From an uncultured bacterium (GTDB lineage: Bacteria > Auribacterota > Erginobacteria > Erginobacterales > Erginobacteraceae), in contig CAWGIE010000047.1 in the NCBI GenBank assembly GCA_963822585.1, positions 1 to 64,000 of the forward strand: 64,000 nt of DNA, given 5' to 3'. Shown piece after piece: positions 50,645 to 61,994 of the stretch. The translations under genes and the position numbers were made by a program. Below the pieces are notes generated by a model. It ran no database searches, had not been told where the DNA came from, and saw nothing but the letters and a program-made list of their open reading frames with translations. The stretch's first letter is position 1. Every line of letters starts with the position of its first letter.

Positions 50645-53600
50645 GTGTCATCATCTTTCCGAAGTGTTGCATTCATCCGCTGCCTTCTTCCGGGGATTTT
50701 TCTCTTTCTCCCCCCCCCGGCTGCACAGGGTTCTCCCCGGTATCTGAGAACCAACCAGGTGGGCTATCTCCCTTCCGATACCAAAGTCGCGGTCGCCTTC
50801 TCCAACGATGATATCTCGGCGGTCAATTTCGCATTGATCGACGCAGCCACCGGCGAGACCGTCTTCGGGCCCCGGAGCATGGGGCCGGACAGCGGGAGTT
50901 ATTGCGCTTTCAGCCATACGTACCGCCCCGATTTTTCCGCCTTCACCGGATGCGGGTCTTTCAAAATCTCTCTGGCCGACGGGAGCGCGGAGTCCTCATA
51001 TTTCACGATCTCTCCCGATGTCTATCGGGGGACCCAGGAAGAAATCCTTTCTTATCTGCGGTCGCAGCGCTGCGGTGACAACCCCTTTCTCTCCGCGGTC
51101 TGCCATACCCACCCGGAGTCGGCAACCGACGGGGACGCCTGGAAAGTCGATACCGGCGGTTTTATCGACCTGTCGGGGGGATGGCACGACGCGGCGGATT
51201 ACATCAAGTTCCTCCTCACCGTCAGCGACGTTCTCGACCTGACGCTCTTCACCTACCGGGAAAACCGGGGAAAATTCGCCGATAATTACCTCTCCGACGG
51301 CACCCCCGGCTCCAACGGGATCCCGGACATACTGGACGAGGCGAAGTACGGGCTTGACTGGGTATTGAAACTGAAGTCGGTCCCGGGAAAACTTTATTAT
51401 CAGGTGGGGGGAGAGGCCGACCATTACTCGGGATGGCGCCTCCCCCAGGATGACAACACCGATTACGGGTATGCCGGCTACCGCCCCGCCTATCAGGGGA
51501 TCGGGGCCAATATCGCCGGCCGCTCGGCGGCCGCCTTTGCCATGGCTTACTTGATCTGGAAGAACGATCTCGGCGACGACGCCTATGCCGCCGCCTGCTG
51601 GTCCGCGGCCACTGAACTTTATTCCCTGGCCTGGAGCAATCTCACCGCCCGGGATACCGATCCCTCCTGGTTCTACGATGAGACGTTCTTCTACGATGAC
51701 CTGGAACTGGCCGGGGTCGAGATGTACAAGGCGAGCGGGGAATTTAATTACCTCACCGAGGCGATTTACTGCAGTTCCCTGGCCGGTTCTTCCTGGGGAT
51801 GGTTCGATTGGGGGAATATCCACTCGCTTGCCCACTACGAGCTTTATCCCCACGCCGACTACGCCACCCAGAGCCAGCTGCAAACCTATCTCCAACAGGA
51901 TCTGGACAGCAATCTGAGCCGGGCGTTGTCCAACCCGTTTCGGGTCTCCACCACCTATGGGTGGGGATCGGCGGCGGTCATGACCGGGACGGTGGTCATG
52001 TGCGACTTTTATAAAAAACTTTTTCCCGGTGAGACGGCCTATGACGCGCTCCATGACGAGGTGCGGGATTATATCCTGGGAAGGAACCAGTGGGGGGTCT
52101 CCTGGGTGACGGGGCTGGGGGATAACTATACCCGGGACCCCCACAGCCAGGTCGCCGACATTACCGGGACCGCTATTTACGGCACCTGCATTGAAGGGCC
52201 GATGGCGCGCTCGACCTGGAACGCCATGGGGATATCGCTGAAGGATCCGGACGAGTATGCCGCCTTCCAGTCCGGCACCGCCGTTTACCATGACGACGTC
52301 AACGACTGGGCCACCAACGAACCGACGATCTGGCAGGCGTCACTCACCCTCTGCATGTTATCCGACCAGGCCCCGGCCAGTCCGACCCCGTCCTGTTCGC
52401 CGGTTCCGGTCCCCTCATGTTCATTGCCCCCATCCCCCTCTTGCTCGCCGACCCCGACGCCAGCCCCCTCGTGTTCGCTGACCCCGCCACCAGCCCCCTC
52501 GTCTTCGCCGACTCCGCCCCCCTCTTGCTCGCCGACCCCGCCGGTCATCCCGGCGGGGACAACGACGCCGAGCCCTTCGCCTTCCGCCCCGGCCAGTGCG
52601 ACTCCCACTCTCCCCCCGACGGCCACCCCGTCGCCCGTTCCCACCTACAGCTGTATACCGATTGGGCCCGGGGTCGGGCCCGCTCAAGTTACTTTGACCG
52701 ACGATGTGCCCCTGGCGATGGTCACGTATGGCTGTAACTGGTGTATTGATATCTGCAGCTGGACCGTCACCACAAAACCGGAGTGGGTAGACGCCGAGCC
52801 CGATTCGGGCTCCGGGCCCGGCTATACTCAGTATCCGGTCATGCTTTCCGCGGGAAATGTCTCGTCTTTGCCTTACGGAGTTACTTCCGATCGGGTATGG
52901 TTTCACTGCGAAGTCTGTTCCGGGCCGGAAGCGGACAGCAGCGTTCTGGTCAGCTATTACAAGATTGACCCCAACCTGATGGCCCATTCCGGGGATTACG
53001 ACGGCGACGGCAGCGCGGAGATCGCCGTCTTCCGGCCGGCCACGGGATTATGGGCGATCAGGGGGTTGAGCAGATTCTACTTCGGTGAGAACGGTGATAT
53101 ACCGGTCCCGGGAGATTATGACGGGGATGCCCGGTCGGAGGCTGCTGTCTTTCGGGAAAACAGCGGCCTCTGGTCGGTCCGCGGCCTCACCCGCGCTTAT
53201 CTGGGCCGGGATGACGATATCCCGGCCCCCGGCGACTACGACGGAGACGAAATCTGTGAGTTTGCCGTCTTCCGGGAAACAACCGGCCTCTGGGCTGTCC
53301 GGGGGGTGACTCGATGTTATTTCGGGCGCCCCGGCGACCTGCCGGTCGCGGGCGATTACGCGGGGGAGGGGACCGAAGCGATTGCCGTCTTCCGGTCCGC
53401 CGGCGGCCTCTGGGCGGTAAGGAGCGACAGCCGGATATATTTCGGAAGAGAAGGAGACCGGGCCGTACCGGGCGATTACACCGGGAGCGGCAATTCCACG
53501 GTGGGAATATTCCGGCCGTCTTCCGGCCTCTGGGCGATCCGGGGGGTAACGAGATCTTATTTCGGCCGGACGGGGGACCGGCCCTCTCCCGCTGATTACG

Positions 53601-53716
53601 ATGGGGCTGCGCTGGATCGGTTCGGCATATTCCGGGGCCTTTCCGGTCTCTGGGCGATCAAGGGACGCTCACGGGTTTATTTCGGGAGTTCAGGAGATAT
53701 CCCGGTCACTCGCTGA
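50645..53716 (+). CDS. Glycoside hydrolase family 9 (Ig-like N domain, catalytic domain, Pro/Ser/Thr linker, six-repeat C domain)
   Basis: RTNQVGYLPSDTKVA, DLSGGWHDAADYIKF, YYQVG, YILGRN..GVSWVTG, DPH and DWATNE. It ends DIPVTR. Confidence 0.88.
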   Translation: MSSSFRSVAFIRCLLPGIFLFLPPPAAQGSPRYLRTNQVGYLPSDTKVAVAFSNDDISAVNFALIDAATGETVFGPRSMGPDSGSYCAFSHTYRPDFSAFTGCGSFKISLADGSAESSYFTISPDVYRGTQEEILSYLRSQRCGDNPFLSAVCHTHPESATDGDAWKVDTGGFIDLSGGWHDAADYIKFLLTVSDVLDLTLFTYRENRGKFADNYLSDGTPGSNGIPDILDEAKYGLDWVLKLKSVPGKLYYQVGGEADHYSGWRLPQDDNTDYGYAGYRPAYQGIGANIAGRSAAAFAMAYLIWKNDLGDDAYAAACWSAATELYSLAWSNLTARDTDPSWFYDETFFYDDLELAGVEMYKASGEFNYLTEAIYCSSLAGSSWGWFDWGNIHSLAHYELYPHADYATQSQLQTYLQQDLDSNLSRALSNPFRVSTTYGWGSAAVMTGTVVMCDFYKKLFPGETAYDALHDEVRDYILGRNQWGVSWVTGLGDNYTRDPHSQVADITGTAIYGTCIEGPMARSTWNAMGISLKDPDEYAAFQSGTAVYHDDVNDWATNEPTIWQASLTLCMLSDQAPASPTPSCSPVPVPSCSLPPSPSCSPTPTPAPSCSLTPPPAPSSSPTPPPSCSPTPPVIPAGTTTPSPSPSAPASATPTLPPTATPSPVPTYSCIPIGPGVGPAQVTLTDDVPLAMVTYGCNWCIDICSWTVTTKPEWVDAEPDSGSGPGYTQYPVMLSAGNVSSLPYGVTSDRVWFHCEVCSGPEADSSVLVSYYKIDPNLMAHSGDYDGDGSAEIAVFRPATGLWAIRGLSRFYFGENGDIPVPGDYDGDARSEAAVFRENSGLWSVRGLTRAYLGRDDDIPAPGDYDGDEICEFAVFRETTGLWAVRGVTRCYFGRPGDLPVAGDYAGEGTEAIAVFRSAGGLWAVRSDSRIYFGREGDRAVPGDYTGSGNSTVGIFRPSSGLWAIRGVTRSYFGRTGDRPSPADYDGAALDRFGIFRGLSGLWAIKGRSRVYFGSSGDIPVTR

Positions 53717-53882
53717 CAATACAACGAATTATGATGGTGATGTTTTGATCTGTTCTTTTTATTCATTCGGACAACAAATCGGGTTACATACTATCCCGAT
53801 GACCTAATAAAGGGACAACAATCATATCCAATCACCTACAATCGTCTGTTTGATTTTTTTTGCTTTTCAAAGGAGGAAAGCC

Positions 53883-54473
53883 ATGACGAAAAAGACTCAG
53901 AAGGAGGAAGTTCTCTACTTCCCCGCCCCCGGCCCTTCCTGCACCGCGGCGGCGGTGGAGGCGGCCTGCCGTCGGGCGCGGGAACTGAAGATCAGGGAGA
54001 TCGTGGTCGCCACCGAGACCGGGGAGACCGCCCTGGCGGTCGCGGCCCGGTTCCCGGAAGGGAAGGTGATCGCGGTGACTTATCATTCCGGGGCGGAAAA
54101 GCCCTTTGACGATCCCCTGCCGCCGGCGGCCCGGAAGAAGCTGGCGGAGAAGAAAGCCGTGATCGTCACCTGCGGCCATGCCCTCAGCGGGGCGGAGCGG
54201 GCCATGGCCAAGCTCGGCGGCGGCGCCCCCCTGGCCGTGGCGGCGGAGACCCTGCGGATCTTCGGGCAAGGGACCAAGGTCTGCGTGGAGAGCGTCCTGA
54301 TGGCCGCCGACGCGGGGGCTCTCTCCGGGAAGGACGTGATCGCTCTCGGAGGTTCGGCGAAAGGGGCGGACACGGCCCTGGTCATCTCGCCCGCCCACCA
54401 GGCGGACATGTTCTCCCTCCGGGTGCGGGAGATTATCTGCAAGCCCCGGGGGTTCACCCGGGGGAAAGACTGA
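53883..54473 (+). CDS. Stand-alone pyruvate kinase alpha/beta (C-terminal)-domain protein
   Basis: YFPAPGP, IVVATETGETA, GHALSGAER, FGQGTKVCVE..LMAADAG, GADTA and EIICKP, with an AGGAGG RBS. Confidence 0.82.
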   Translation: MTKKTQKEEVLYFPAPGPSCTAAAVEAACRRARELKIREIVVATETGETALAVAARFPEGKVIAVTYHSGAEKPFDDPLPPAARKKLAEKKAVIVTCGHALSGAERAMAKLGGGAPLAVAAETLRIFGQGTKVCVESVLMAADAGALSGKDVIALGGSAKGADTALVISPAHQADMFSLRVREIICKPRGFTRGKD

Positions 54474-54519
54474 ACGTCAAAATGTCTCACGTTTTGCGGC
54501 AGGGGGCATTCGGCTGGCA

Positions 54520-54659
54520 AAAAATGAACATCCAACGTCGAACGTCCAACAGAGGAAAGTGCCTAAAGTTAGAAGTGCCTAAAGTTAAGATGACAGGGAG
54601 TGATGGAGTACTGGAGTGATGGAGTGGTGGAAAAAACTGAACGTTCAACGCTCAACGTT
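54520..54659. repeat. Composite repeat between convergent genes (AACGTCC, GTGCCTAAA, TGGAGTGA, AACGTTC)
   Basis: Reverse-complement homolog of 62290-62405. Confidence 0.85.
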
Positions 54660-55570
54660 TAGAGATAGTGCCGGAACCAGGACAGGGAGAGACCGGCCTG
54701 TTCTTCAAGCCCATCTCCATGGTCCAGATCGATGTGGTCCCGGCCGGGGATGATGATGATTTTTTTCGGATCACCCGATCGGCGGTACATCTCAAGCGCC
54801 AGCTCCACCGGGCAGACGTCGTCCTCTTCCCCGTGAATGAAAAGGAGCGGCCGCGGGGAGACCAGCCCGGTCACCGTGTCCGGCGAGAACTCCGTCATGG
54901 CGGCCGCCGTGGAGAGGGGGAACTCCGGCACACTCGCCGCGGAGGCCTTCGGGATTGAGGATGATTCCTGATCGCTGGAGAGCCCCCGGTACTTCCGCCA
55001 GAACGTGTCGCTGAAAGGGACGATCTCGGTCAGGGGGACGAGCCGCGATTTTCCGGTGCGGGCGACCGCGATCCGGTCCTCCTCAAGACTTTTTTGAAAT
55101 CCCAGCCATTGGTCGGCCGTCCGGAGCGATCGCATCCACCTCTCCCCGTTCCCGCTCCCCGAGACCGCGACGACCGCCTTCACCCGGCGGTCGAAAGCGG
55201 CCGCGTAGGGAACGATGGTGGCCCCGTAGCTGAGACCGTAAAGCCCGACGCGGCGGGGGTCGATCACCGGCCGCGAAATCAGGCAGGAGATCGCGCTCCG
55301 GGCGTCCTCAACTCGCTCCCGGGGAAAAAGACGGGGCCGTACCCCTTCGCTCTCCCCGAAACCGCGGTAGTCGAAGGCCAGGCAGGCGAATCCCTCTCCG
55401 CAAAAGAACCCGGCCACCTCCGGGAGGACCTTCTCCTTCACACCGGAGAGGCCCTGGCAGAGGACGATCCCGGGGTATCGCTTCCCCTCCGCCGCCCCGG
55501 ACGGCAGGTAGAGTTCGCCGGCCAGGCGGAGACCTCCCGCGGTGAAGAATGTCACGCGATCTTTTTTCAT
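54659..55570 (-). CDS. Alpha/beta hydrolase
   Basis: FDYRGFGESEG, nucleophile GLSYG, HGEEDDVCP and DH. Confidence 0.9.
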   Translation of the reverse strand: MKKDRVTFFTAGGLRLAGELYLPSGAAEGKRYPGIVLCQGLSGVKEKVLPEVAGFFCGEGFACLAFDYRGFGESEGVRPRLFPRERVEDARSAISCLISRPVIDPRRVGLYGLSYGATIVPYAAAFDRRVKAVVAVSGSGNGERWMRSLRTADQWLGFQKSLEEDRIAVARTGKSRLVPLTEIVPFSDTFWRKYRGLSSDQESSSIPKASAASVPEFPLSTAAAMTEFSPDTVTGLVSPRPLLFIHGEEDDVCPVELALEMYRRSGDPKKIIIIPGRDHIDLDHGDGLEEQAGLSLSWFRHYL

Positions 55571-55723
55571 CTTGTGCTCCTTTCCGCCCGGGCGATCTTC
55601 GTACCGGGGAAGAACAGAAATCCACCTCTCTTTCCCGGCGCGGCTGCGGGCGGCATCATATCACACCAGGTCTACGGAGAGAACGGATATATCACGCCAC
55701 CGGGCAGTGACTGCGGCAGCGAA

Positions 55724-55840
55724 TGTCGCATAATGCGACAGGTTTTTCAGAATGCTCAGGAGCAAAAACTGCAGCCATTTGCATATCTCGTTATGTAACA
55801 TGCTCTTATATCCGCCGCCCGAATGTGGCACGGGATATGC
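55724..55840 (+). promoter_or_regulatory. Sigma-54 promoter with an upstream palindromic activator site
   Basis: TGGCACGGGATATGC (55826-55840; GG-N10-GC) and the perfect dyad TGTCGCA-TAA-TGCGACA (55724-55740). Confidence 0.65.
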
Positions 55841-55900
55841 GAATATACCTATTTTATTGAGAGCGAAGACCGAAAAGGCAAAGAACCTTCAGGAGAAAAT

Positions 55901-57901
55901 ATGAAAATAACCGTAATCCTTTCCATCGCGATACTAACCCTCTTCTCCATTCCGATCCCCGGGCCGGCCGCATCCGGCAACGATGTCCCGGCGGAACGGG
56001 CGAATCTCTCCCCCTTCTGCCCCCCGCCGCCGGGCGGTGAGGTACACCCCGCCCCGCTGCCCCGGTTCGACGCCCTGGTCGGCCGGGCGCGGCCGGAGTG
56101 GAGAGAACTCCTCTCCGGTCTTTTAAAAGACCAGAACCGCGCAAAACTCGAGCAGGCGTTCGGGGATATCTACAGCCGGGAGGAGATCGATGAACTGCTC
56201 GCTTTCCAGAAAGCCTACGCGGCCGAGGAGGAAGATACGGCCGATCTCCGGGAGGAGGAACGAATGGCAACGCTTAGCTCCCTCTTCCGGCCGGGTCCGG
56301 CCGGCCTCTTCCGCGACCGCCCGGAGATATTCATGATCCAGGCCGGCCCGGAAATTACCCCGGGGGCAGCGGTGGAGTCAGACGACACCTACCCGATCGG
56401 GGACGATTCCACGCAGGAAGAGGACCGAATCGACGCCGCCGGCGACGGGACGGGACCAGCGACGGACGGCGGCGGAGAGTCCATCCTCATCTCCGGTGAG
56501 GAAGAGGAGGATTTTGACGGGGGTGCTTCGACCGCACCGGACGAGGATCGGCCGGTTGACGGCCCCAATAGCTGCACCAGCCCGGAGGAGGAAGCAGAGT
56601 CAGCGGGAAATTTTGACTACTGCTGGGTTTACGATTTCCCGCCGGACGGGGATGAGGACCGCGACGGGCTCACCAACTGGGCTGAGGTCTTCGTTTACCA
56701 CACCGATCCCGAGGCCGTCGACACCGACAAAGACGGGCTGGGGGACGGCATCGAAGTCCGGCGGGGCTACGACCCCGCCAACCCGGACACGGACGGAGAC
56801 GGCTGGTACGACGGCCCCACCAACCTGCGCTACCGTCTTTTTCTGGAGGATGTCGTCTGCGAGGACCCCCAGGAAACCCGGGACGAGATTTACGTCCTGG
56901 CCGACGGGAGAAGGTTCCCCCGGAACAAGAAGCTGGGCGCTTACTGGTCGCTGGACGAGGGCGAAACCAAGGATTACGATCGCTGCGTCGCCCGCCGGAT
57001 GCTGGACGGCGCCCATTCCTGGACGCTGGACAAGGTGGATTTCTACCTGATGGAAGACGACGCCCCCTCGGCCAGTTACACCGCAAAGTGGGACAATGAC
57101 GACCGGCTGATCTTCTTCACGATCGACCTCTCCAAATACGGAGACGGTTCCTATTTCAGGTATGGGATCGAGGGAGGAAGCTGGCCGCATAAATACAAAT
57201 ACGACGTCTGGTTCAGGGTCGAAGTGTCTTACTTCGCCGATCCCTCACCGCTTCAGGGCTATGCTTCATACTTTGACACCTCCGACGGGGACGACGTGGA
57301 CCAGGCTTATGAGTTCTTCCTGGCCCGGGAGTTCGGCGGAAAGGGAGACCTTTTCCGGGACGATGTCTGGGTCGAGATCGATTACCTCTCCGGCTGCCGG
57401 ATCGGCGAGACACCGCTGCGCCAGGTCAAGAGCCAGTACCTGCGCTACGGCTACGATCTTCATCTCTTCCGGGACGATTGCCTCCCGGCGGACAGTTACC
57501 TGTCCAGAAACGAGGCGGTCAACCTCTACCGGGATCACTTCAACCACGACTACGTCCCTACGTTTCACTATGCCCTGATCTGCGGCGAGTTCTGGAAAAC
57601 TTCCGACGCGGGGGTATCCGATGGTGACGCTCTCTTCATGAATCTCGATTCGGTCGCCGGGAACTCCCGGTACCAGGCGCACGTCTTCATGCACGAGATG
57701 GGGCACCAGATGGGCCTCTCCCCTGATGTATTCGAGGGCATCGATCAGTACTGGTATGACAGCTACCACAGCTGCCTGAATTACAGCTACGACTACACTT
57801 CCGTCAACTACTCGGAGAGCGACTCCGACGGATCGGGAAACCACGACTTCGACGACTGGGATAACGTGAGTCTCTACCGCAATGCCGATTTCACTTACTG
57901 A
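55901..57901 (+). CDS. Secreted acidic protein with TSP3-like Ca-binding repeats and a C-terminal zinc metallopeptidase motif
   Basis: Signal peptide, [27 protein letters not shown], and HEMGHQMGL followed by SCLNY. Confidence 0.72.
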   Translation: MKITVILSIAILTLFSIPIPGPAASGNDVPAERANLSPFCPPPPGGEVHPAPLPRFDALVGRARPEWRELLSGLLKDQNRAKLEQAFGDIYSREEIDELLAFQKAYAAEEEDTADLREEERMATLSSLFRPGPAGLFRDRPEIFMIQAGPEITPGAAVESDDTYPIGDDSTQEEDRIDAAGDGTGPATDGGGESILISGEEEEDFDGGASTAPDEDRPVDGPNSCTSPEEEAESAGNFDYCWVYDFPPDGDEDRDGLTNWAEVFVYHTDPEAVDTDKDGLGDGIEVRRGYDPANPDTDGDGWYDGPTNLRYRLFLEDVVCEDPQETRDEIYVLADGRRFPRNKKLGAYWSLDEGETKDYDRCVARRMLDGAHSWTLDKVDFYLMEDDAPSASYTAKWDNDDRLIFFTIDLSKYGDGSYFRYGIEGGSWPHKYKYDVWFRVEVSYFADPSPLQGYASYFDTSDGDDVDQAYEFFLAREFGGKGDLFRDDVWVEIDYLSGCRIGETPLRQVKSQYLRYGYDLHLFRDDCLPADSYLSRNEAVNLYRDHFNHDYVPTFHYALICGEFWKTSDAGVSDGDALFMNLDSVAGNSRYQAHVFMHEMGHQMGLSPDVFEGIDQYWYDSYHSCLNYSYDYTSVNYSESDSDGSGNHDFDDWDNVSLYRNADFTY

Positions 57902-58127
57902 GAGGGAGGCTTGTTCCGGTTTTTCCTGCATTCGGCAGGCCCCTGGGAAGCGTCCGGCGGAAAGGAGGCCGGCCCGAGGATGATCTTCCGGATGAGTGAG
58001 GAGGTTGTCGGGGACGTGGCCGATCTCACCGTCGGGCGATATCCGGGACAACGAAAAACTTCAACCACAGAACGGCACATGAGCGTTGAACCTTCATTCT
58101 TTTCCGGACCCGATACCCCCGGCCCGA

Positions 58128-58210
58128 TGCTTGTATGCAATCCGCCTTGGCGGAGATCCTACAAGGGCGAAGCCCGATCCTACAAGCCGCTGAAAGCGGC
58201 GATACTACCG
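58128..58210. repeat. GATCCTACA-family palindromic repeat
   Basis: Short hairpins separated by GATCCTACAAG units, related to 6565-6790. Confidence 0.55.
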
Positions 58211-58343
58211 TTTCTCTAACTTCAGGCACTTCTCTTGTTTCCTTAAACAGGATAGATTGATATCTCTCGGAGAGGTAGTATGGTATATTAATGTCTTAAT
58301 CTGTGATCGGCGCCTTTCCGTAAAGAGATTGACGGAACACATA

Positions 58344-61300
58344 ATGAAGAGAGTCTCTCGGATATTTCTTTTTTGGGGTCTTCTTGCCCTCCTGCCGGCG
58401 CCGTGGGCTTTTTCCCAGGGACTGCAGATCCACTGCATCGATGTCGGACAGGGCTCGAGCGAACTGGTCATCGGCCCCAACGGGACCACCATCCTGATCG
58501 ACGGGGGGACCAGCAGCAAGGGCCGGGACGAGGTCATCCCCTATATCAACGCCATCTTCGCCCCGGCCACCCCGGAACTTGATTACATCATCGCCTCCCA
58601 TGATGATTCCGACCATTACGGGGGCCTGAACTATATCATCGACCACAGCGGCTACTCCATCGGCACCATCTATCACTGCGGCGACAACACCGACTTCGGA
58701 AAGGGAGTTCAGATCCCCCTGGGGACCGTGATCGATCTCGGCGACGGCGCCCGGGCGACCTGTGTCGGCCGTTACGGACAGTTCATCGACGGCTCGTCGG
58801 GGAACACCGACAGCAACAACTTGAGCGTCTGTCTCCTGATCGAATACGGCGGTTTCGATTACATCACTGCCGGTGACCTGGCGGAGAACGAGGACGAACT
58901 TTCCAGCGTCCTGATCAGTTATCCTCCCGCCGATCCCTACCTGGACCCCGCCGAAGGGGTTGATGTCATCCATGTCAACCATCACGGCAGCGACGGGGCC
59001 TCTCATTATTATTATGTCAACCGTCTCAAGCATGAAGTCGCCCTCATCAACGGGGGGACGAACTACGGCCATCCCCGCTGGACCGCCGTCAACCGTCTCA
59101 AGGGAAGGGCCGCCTATTCGGACGGCAGCGGAGCTACCGGGGTTACCTGGACCGGCTGCACCAGTGTTTATCGCACGACCTACGATGATCCGGACGATGG
59201 CCGGGCCCCGGAATGGGATTGCCCCACGCTGGGCGACATGGTGGTGACGTATGACGGCTGCGCGGAGTACTATTACGTCGAGGGAATGCCGTACCCCGTC
59301 GACGAGTGGATCGTCTGCACCACGCCCAGCCCTGACGCCGGTCGGGTACCATACCCCGCCCCCCACTCCCACACCAACGACAACCCCGTCGGCGACCCCG
59401 ACCCCGACCACGACCCCGTCCGTCACCCCGACGCCGGAGGGGTACCGTACCCCTTCGCCGACACCCAGCGTCACGCCGACCGCCACCCCGACCATTACTC
59501 CGCCGCCCAGCCCGTCACCGCTGCCGGCCGCCATCCCTTTTTATGACGGGTTCGAGTCGGGTGATCTGGGAGTGTACTGGACGGTTGTGACCGATAATAC
59601 GGGAAGGGTGCGGGTGAGCGACTCTTATCCGTATGCCGGGACTTATTCCGCCCTTCTCGACTGCTCCAGCAATGGCACTTATTCAACGGTTGCCCTGGTT
59701 CTGACCGTCGATCTCTCCGCCCAGACGGACGTCGATCTGGCTTTCTGGTGGCGAGAGTTCAGCGACGAAAACGACCCCGAGGACGGCGTCTTCATCAGCG
59801 ATGACTATGGCGCCTCCTGGTCGCAATTGACCTCCTTCAATAACGGGCCCTCTGAATTCATCCCCGCGTTGTTCGACCTCTCCGCCGCCGCCGCCGATGC
59901 CGGCCTCTCCCTCAACGATCATTTTCAGATTAAATTTCAGATGTACGATAACTTTTCCATCCCCACCGACGGCTACGCCGTCGATGAAGTCAGCCTCTGG
60001 CGTCCGGCAACCCCCACGCCGACCCCGGAGGGATACCTGACACCGACGCCGTCGCCGACATCGACCCCCGTCCCCACCGTCACTCCAACCCCGGAAGGAT
60101 ACCACACGCCGGCACCCTCTCCTTCGCCTTCTCCATGGTATTGCAGCGCGAGCGGCGGGTGCGACGAATATATCTCGCGTGTCCAATTCAACACGATAGA
60201 TAATGCAAGCGGATGTGACGGGTACGGCGATTACACCGCGTTCTCGACTGTAATCGTGCGCGAGGCTCCCTACGGCATCACCGTCACCAATCCGAACACC
60301 TATTCGGGGGATAAGTGCGATGTGTGGGTGGATTGGAACCATAACAGGGATTTCTACGATGCCGGGGAGAGTACCACGCTTAACGGTGGACCGGCTGTTT
60401 TCACCGGAACGATCACGGCCCCCGCAGGCGCGCTGTTGGGCGATGCCCGCCTGCGGATCAGGGTGCGGTATTATCAATCCGTCGAACCCTGCGGGGATTT
60501 TAATTACGGCGATGTCGAGGACTACACCGTGGTAGTGGCGCCGCCGATCACCCCCACTCCGACCGTGATGCCGACACCTGAGATCTGCACCCGGATCAGC
60601 GAAGGTTTTGACGGTTACGATAGCGGAAGCCGTCCGTCCGGTTGGACATTCACCGGCTGCGCCCTGAACAGCGACACCTACACGACGGCGGGGAACTACG
60701 GACATCTCTCACCCTCGATCCAACTCGACGAGACCGACGATAGTGTCGAGTGCGCATCGTTCGTCTCCGGCGAATGGATTCAATTCTGGATCAAGGGGCA
60801 GATGATCGATATCACCAGCCATCTCCTGGTGGAGGAGTTTTCCACCGCCTGGACTACGGTAACGGACATCATACCTCTCCCCTCGACCGGGACGGTCTTC
60901 ACCGGGTTGCCGCTGAACCCGTCAACCAGCCGGGTAAAGTTCACCTATGCCCGGAGTACGGGCGAGCTGGCACTCGACGATGTGCTGGTGAAGTGCCTGA
61001 TGACGCCGTCGCCGTCGGTGACTCCCACCCCGACACCGGTGCCGAGCGCCACGCCCTCGCCTACTGTCACTTCCACCCCGACCCCGCCGCCGACGCTGAC
61101 CCCTCCGCCCACGCCCTCTCCGACATTGTCCCCGGTTCCGACGCGGACACCGGAACCCACGCTGACGCCGAGCGCGACCCCCACTCCCTCCCCAAGCGCT
61201 CCCTCGGGAACGCCGTCCCCGACCTGCGGGCCGCTGCTGCCTCCCGCGGGCATCGTTCTGGCATCGGGAGATTTTGACGGTGACGACACCGACGATATCG

Positions 61301-61992
61301 CCGTCTTCCGGCCCGCGGCCGGTCTCTGGGGGGTGAGAGGGGTGACCCGCGCCTATTTCGGAGGGGTGAATGACAGTCCGATCCCGGGAGATTACAACGG
61401 CGACGGGAAAAGCGAGATCGGCATCTTCCGGGATGCCGCCGGCCTCTGGGCGATCCGGGGAGTGACCAGGGTCTATTTCGGCGGTCCGGGGGATATCGCT
61501 TCTCCGGACGATTACGACGGCGACGGGCGGACCGATATTGCTCTCTTCCGGGAAAGCACCGGCTTGTGGGCGTTGCGCGGGTTGAGCAGGGCGTACTTCG
61601 GTGCCGGGAATGACTGGCCGGTCCCCGGCGATTATTCCGGTTCCGGCACCGACTCGATGGCGGTTTTTCGTCCTTCCTCCGGTCTCTGGGCCATCCGGGG
61701 GGGAGGGCGGGTCTACTATGGCGCGGACGGGGATTGGGCCCTCCCCGGAGATTTTGACGGTGACGGGAGCTGTGAACCGGCCATCTTCCGGGCCTGTGCC
61801 GGTCTCTGGGCGATCCGGGGGGTGACCCGCAGCTACCACGGGCGCTGCACCGATTACCCGGTCCGGGCCGATTTCGGCGGCACCGGGATCGATTCCATCG
61901 GCGTCTTCCGCGGCCCGGCGGGGCTGTGGGCGATCAAGGGCGTTTCCCGGGCCTACTACGGCGCCGCCGCCGATCTCCCCGTCACCCGGTAG
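58344..61992 (+). CDS. Secreted ComEC-like MBL-fold protein with a GEVED-like domain, Pro/Thr linkers and a C-terminal six-repeat domain; frameshift near 59331
   Basis: [20 protein letters not shown] and YGHP are in the first frame. [11 protein letters not shown]...GDVEDYTV and the repeats ending DLPVTR are in the second. Removing one C at 59330-59332 joins them. Confidence 0.75.
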
Positions 61993-61994
61993 GG

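Noticed and set aside
57905..58125. Structured ncRNA in the intergenic gap
   Set aside because: GC-rich stems are possible, but I could not match SRP, 6S, RNase P or tmRNA motifs. An Rfam/Infernal search would settle it.
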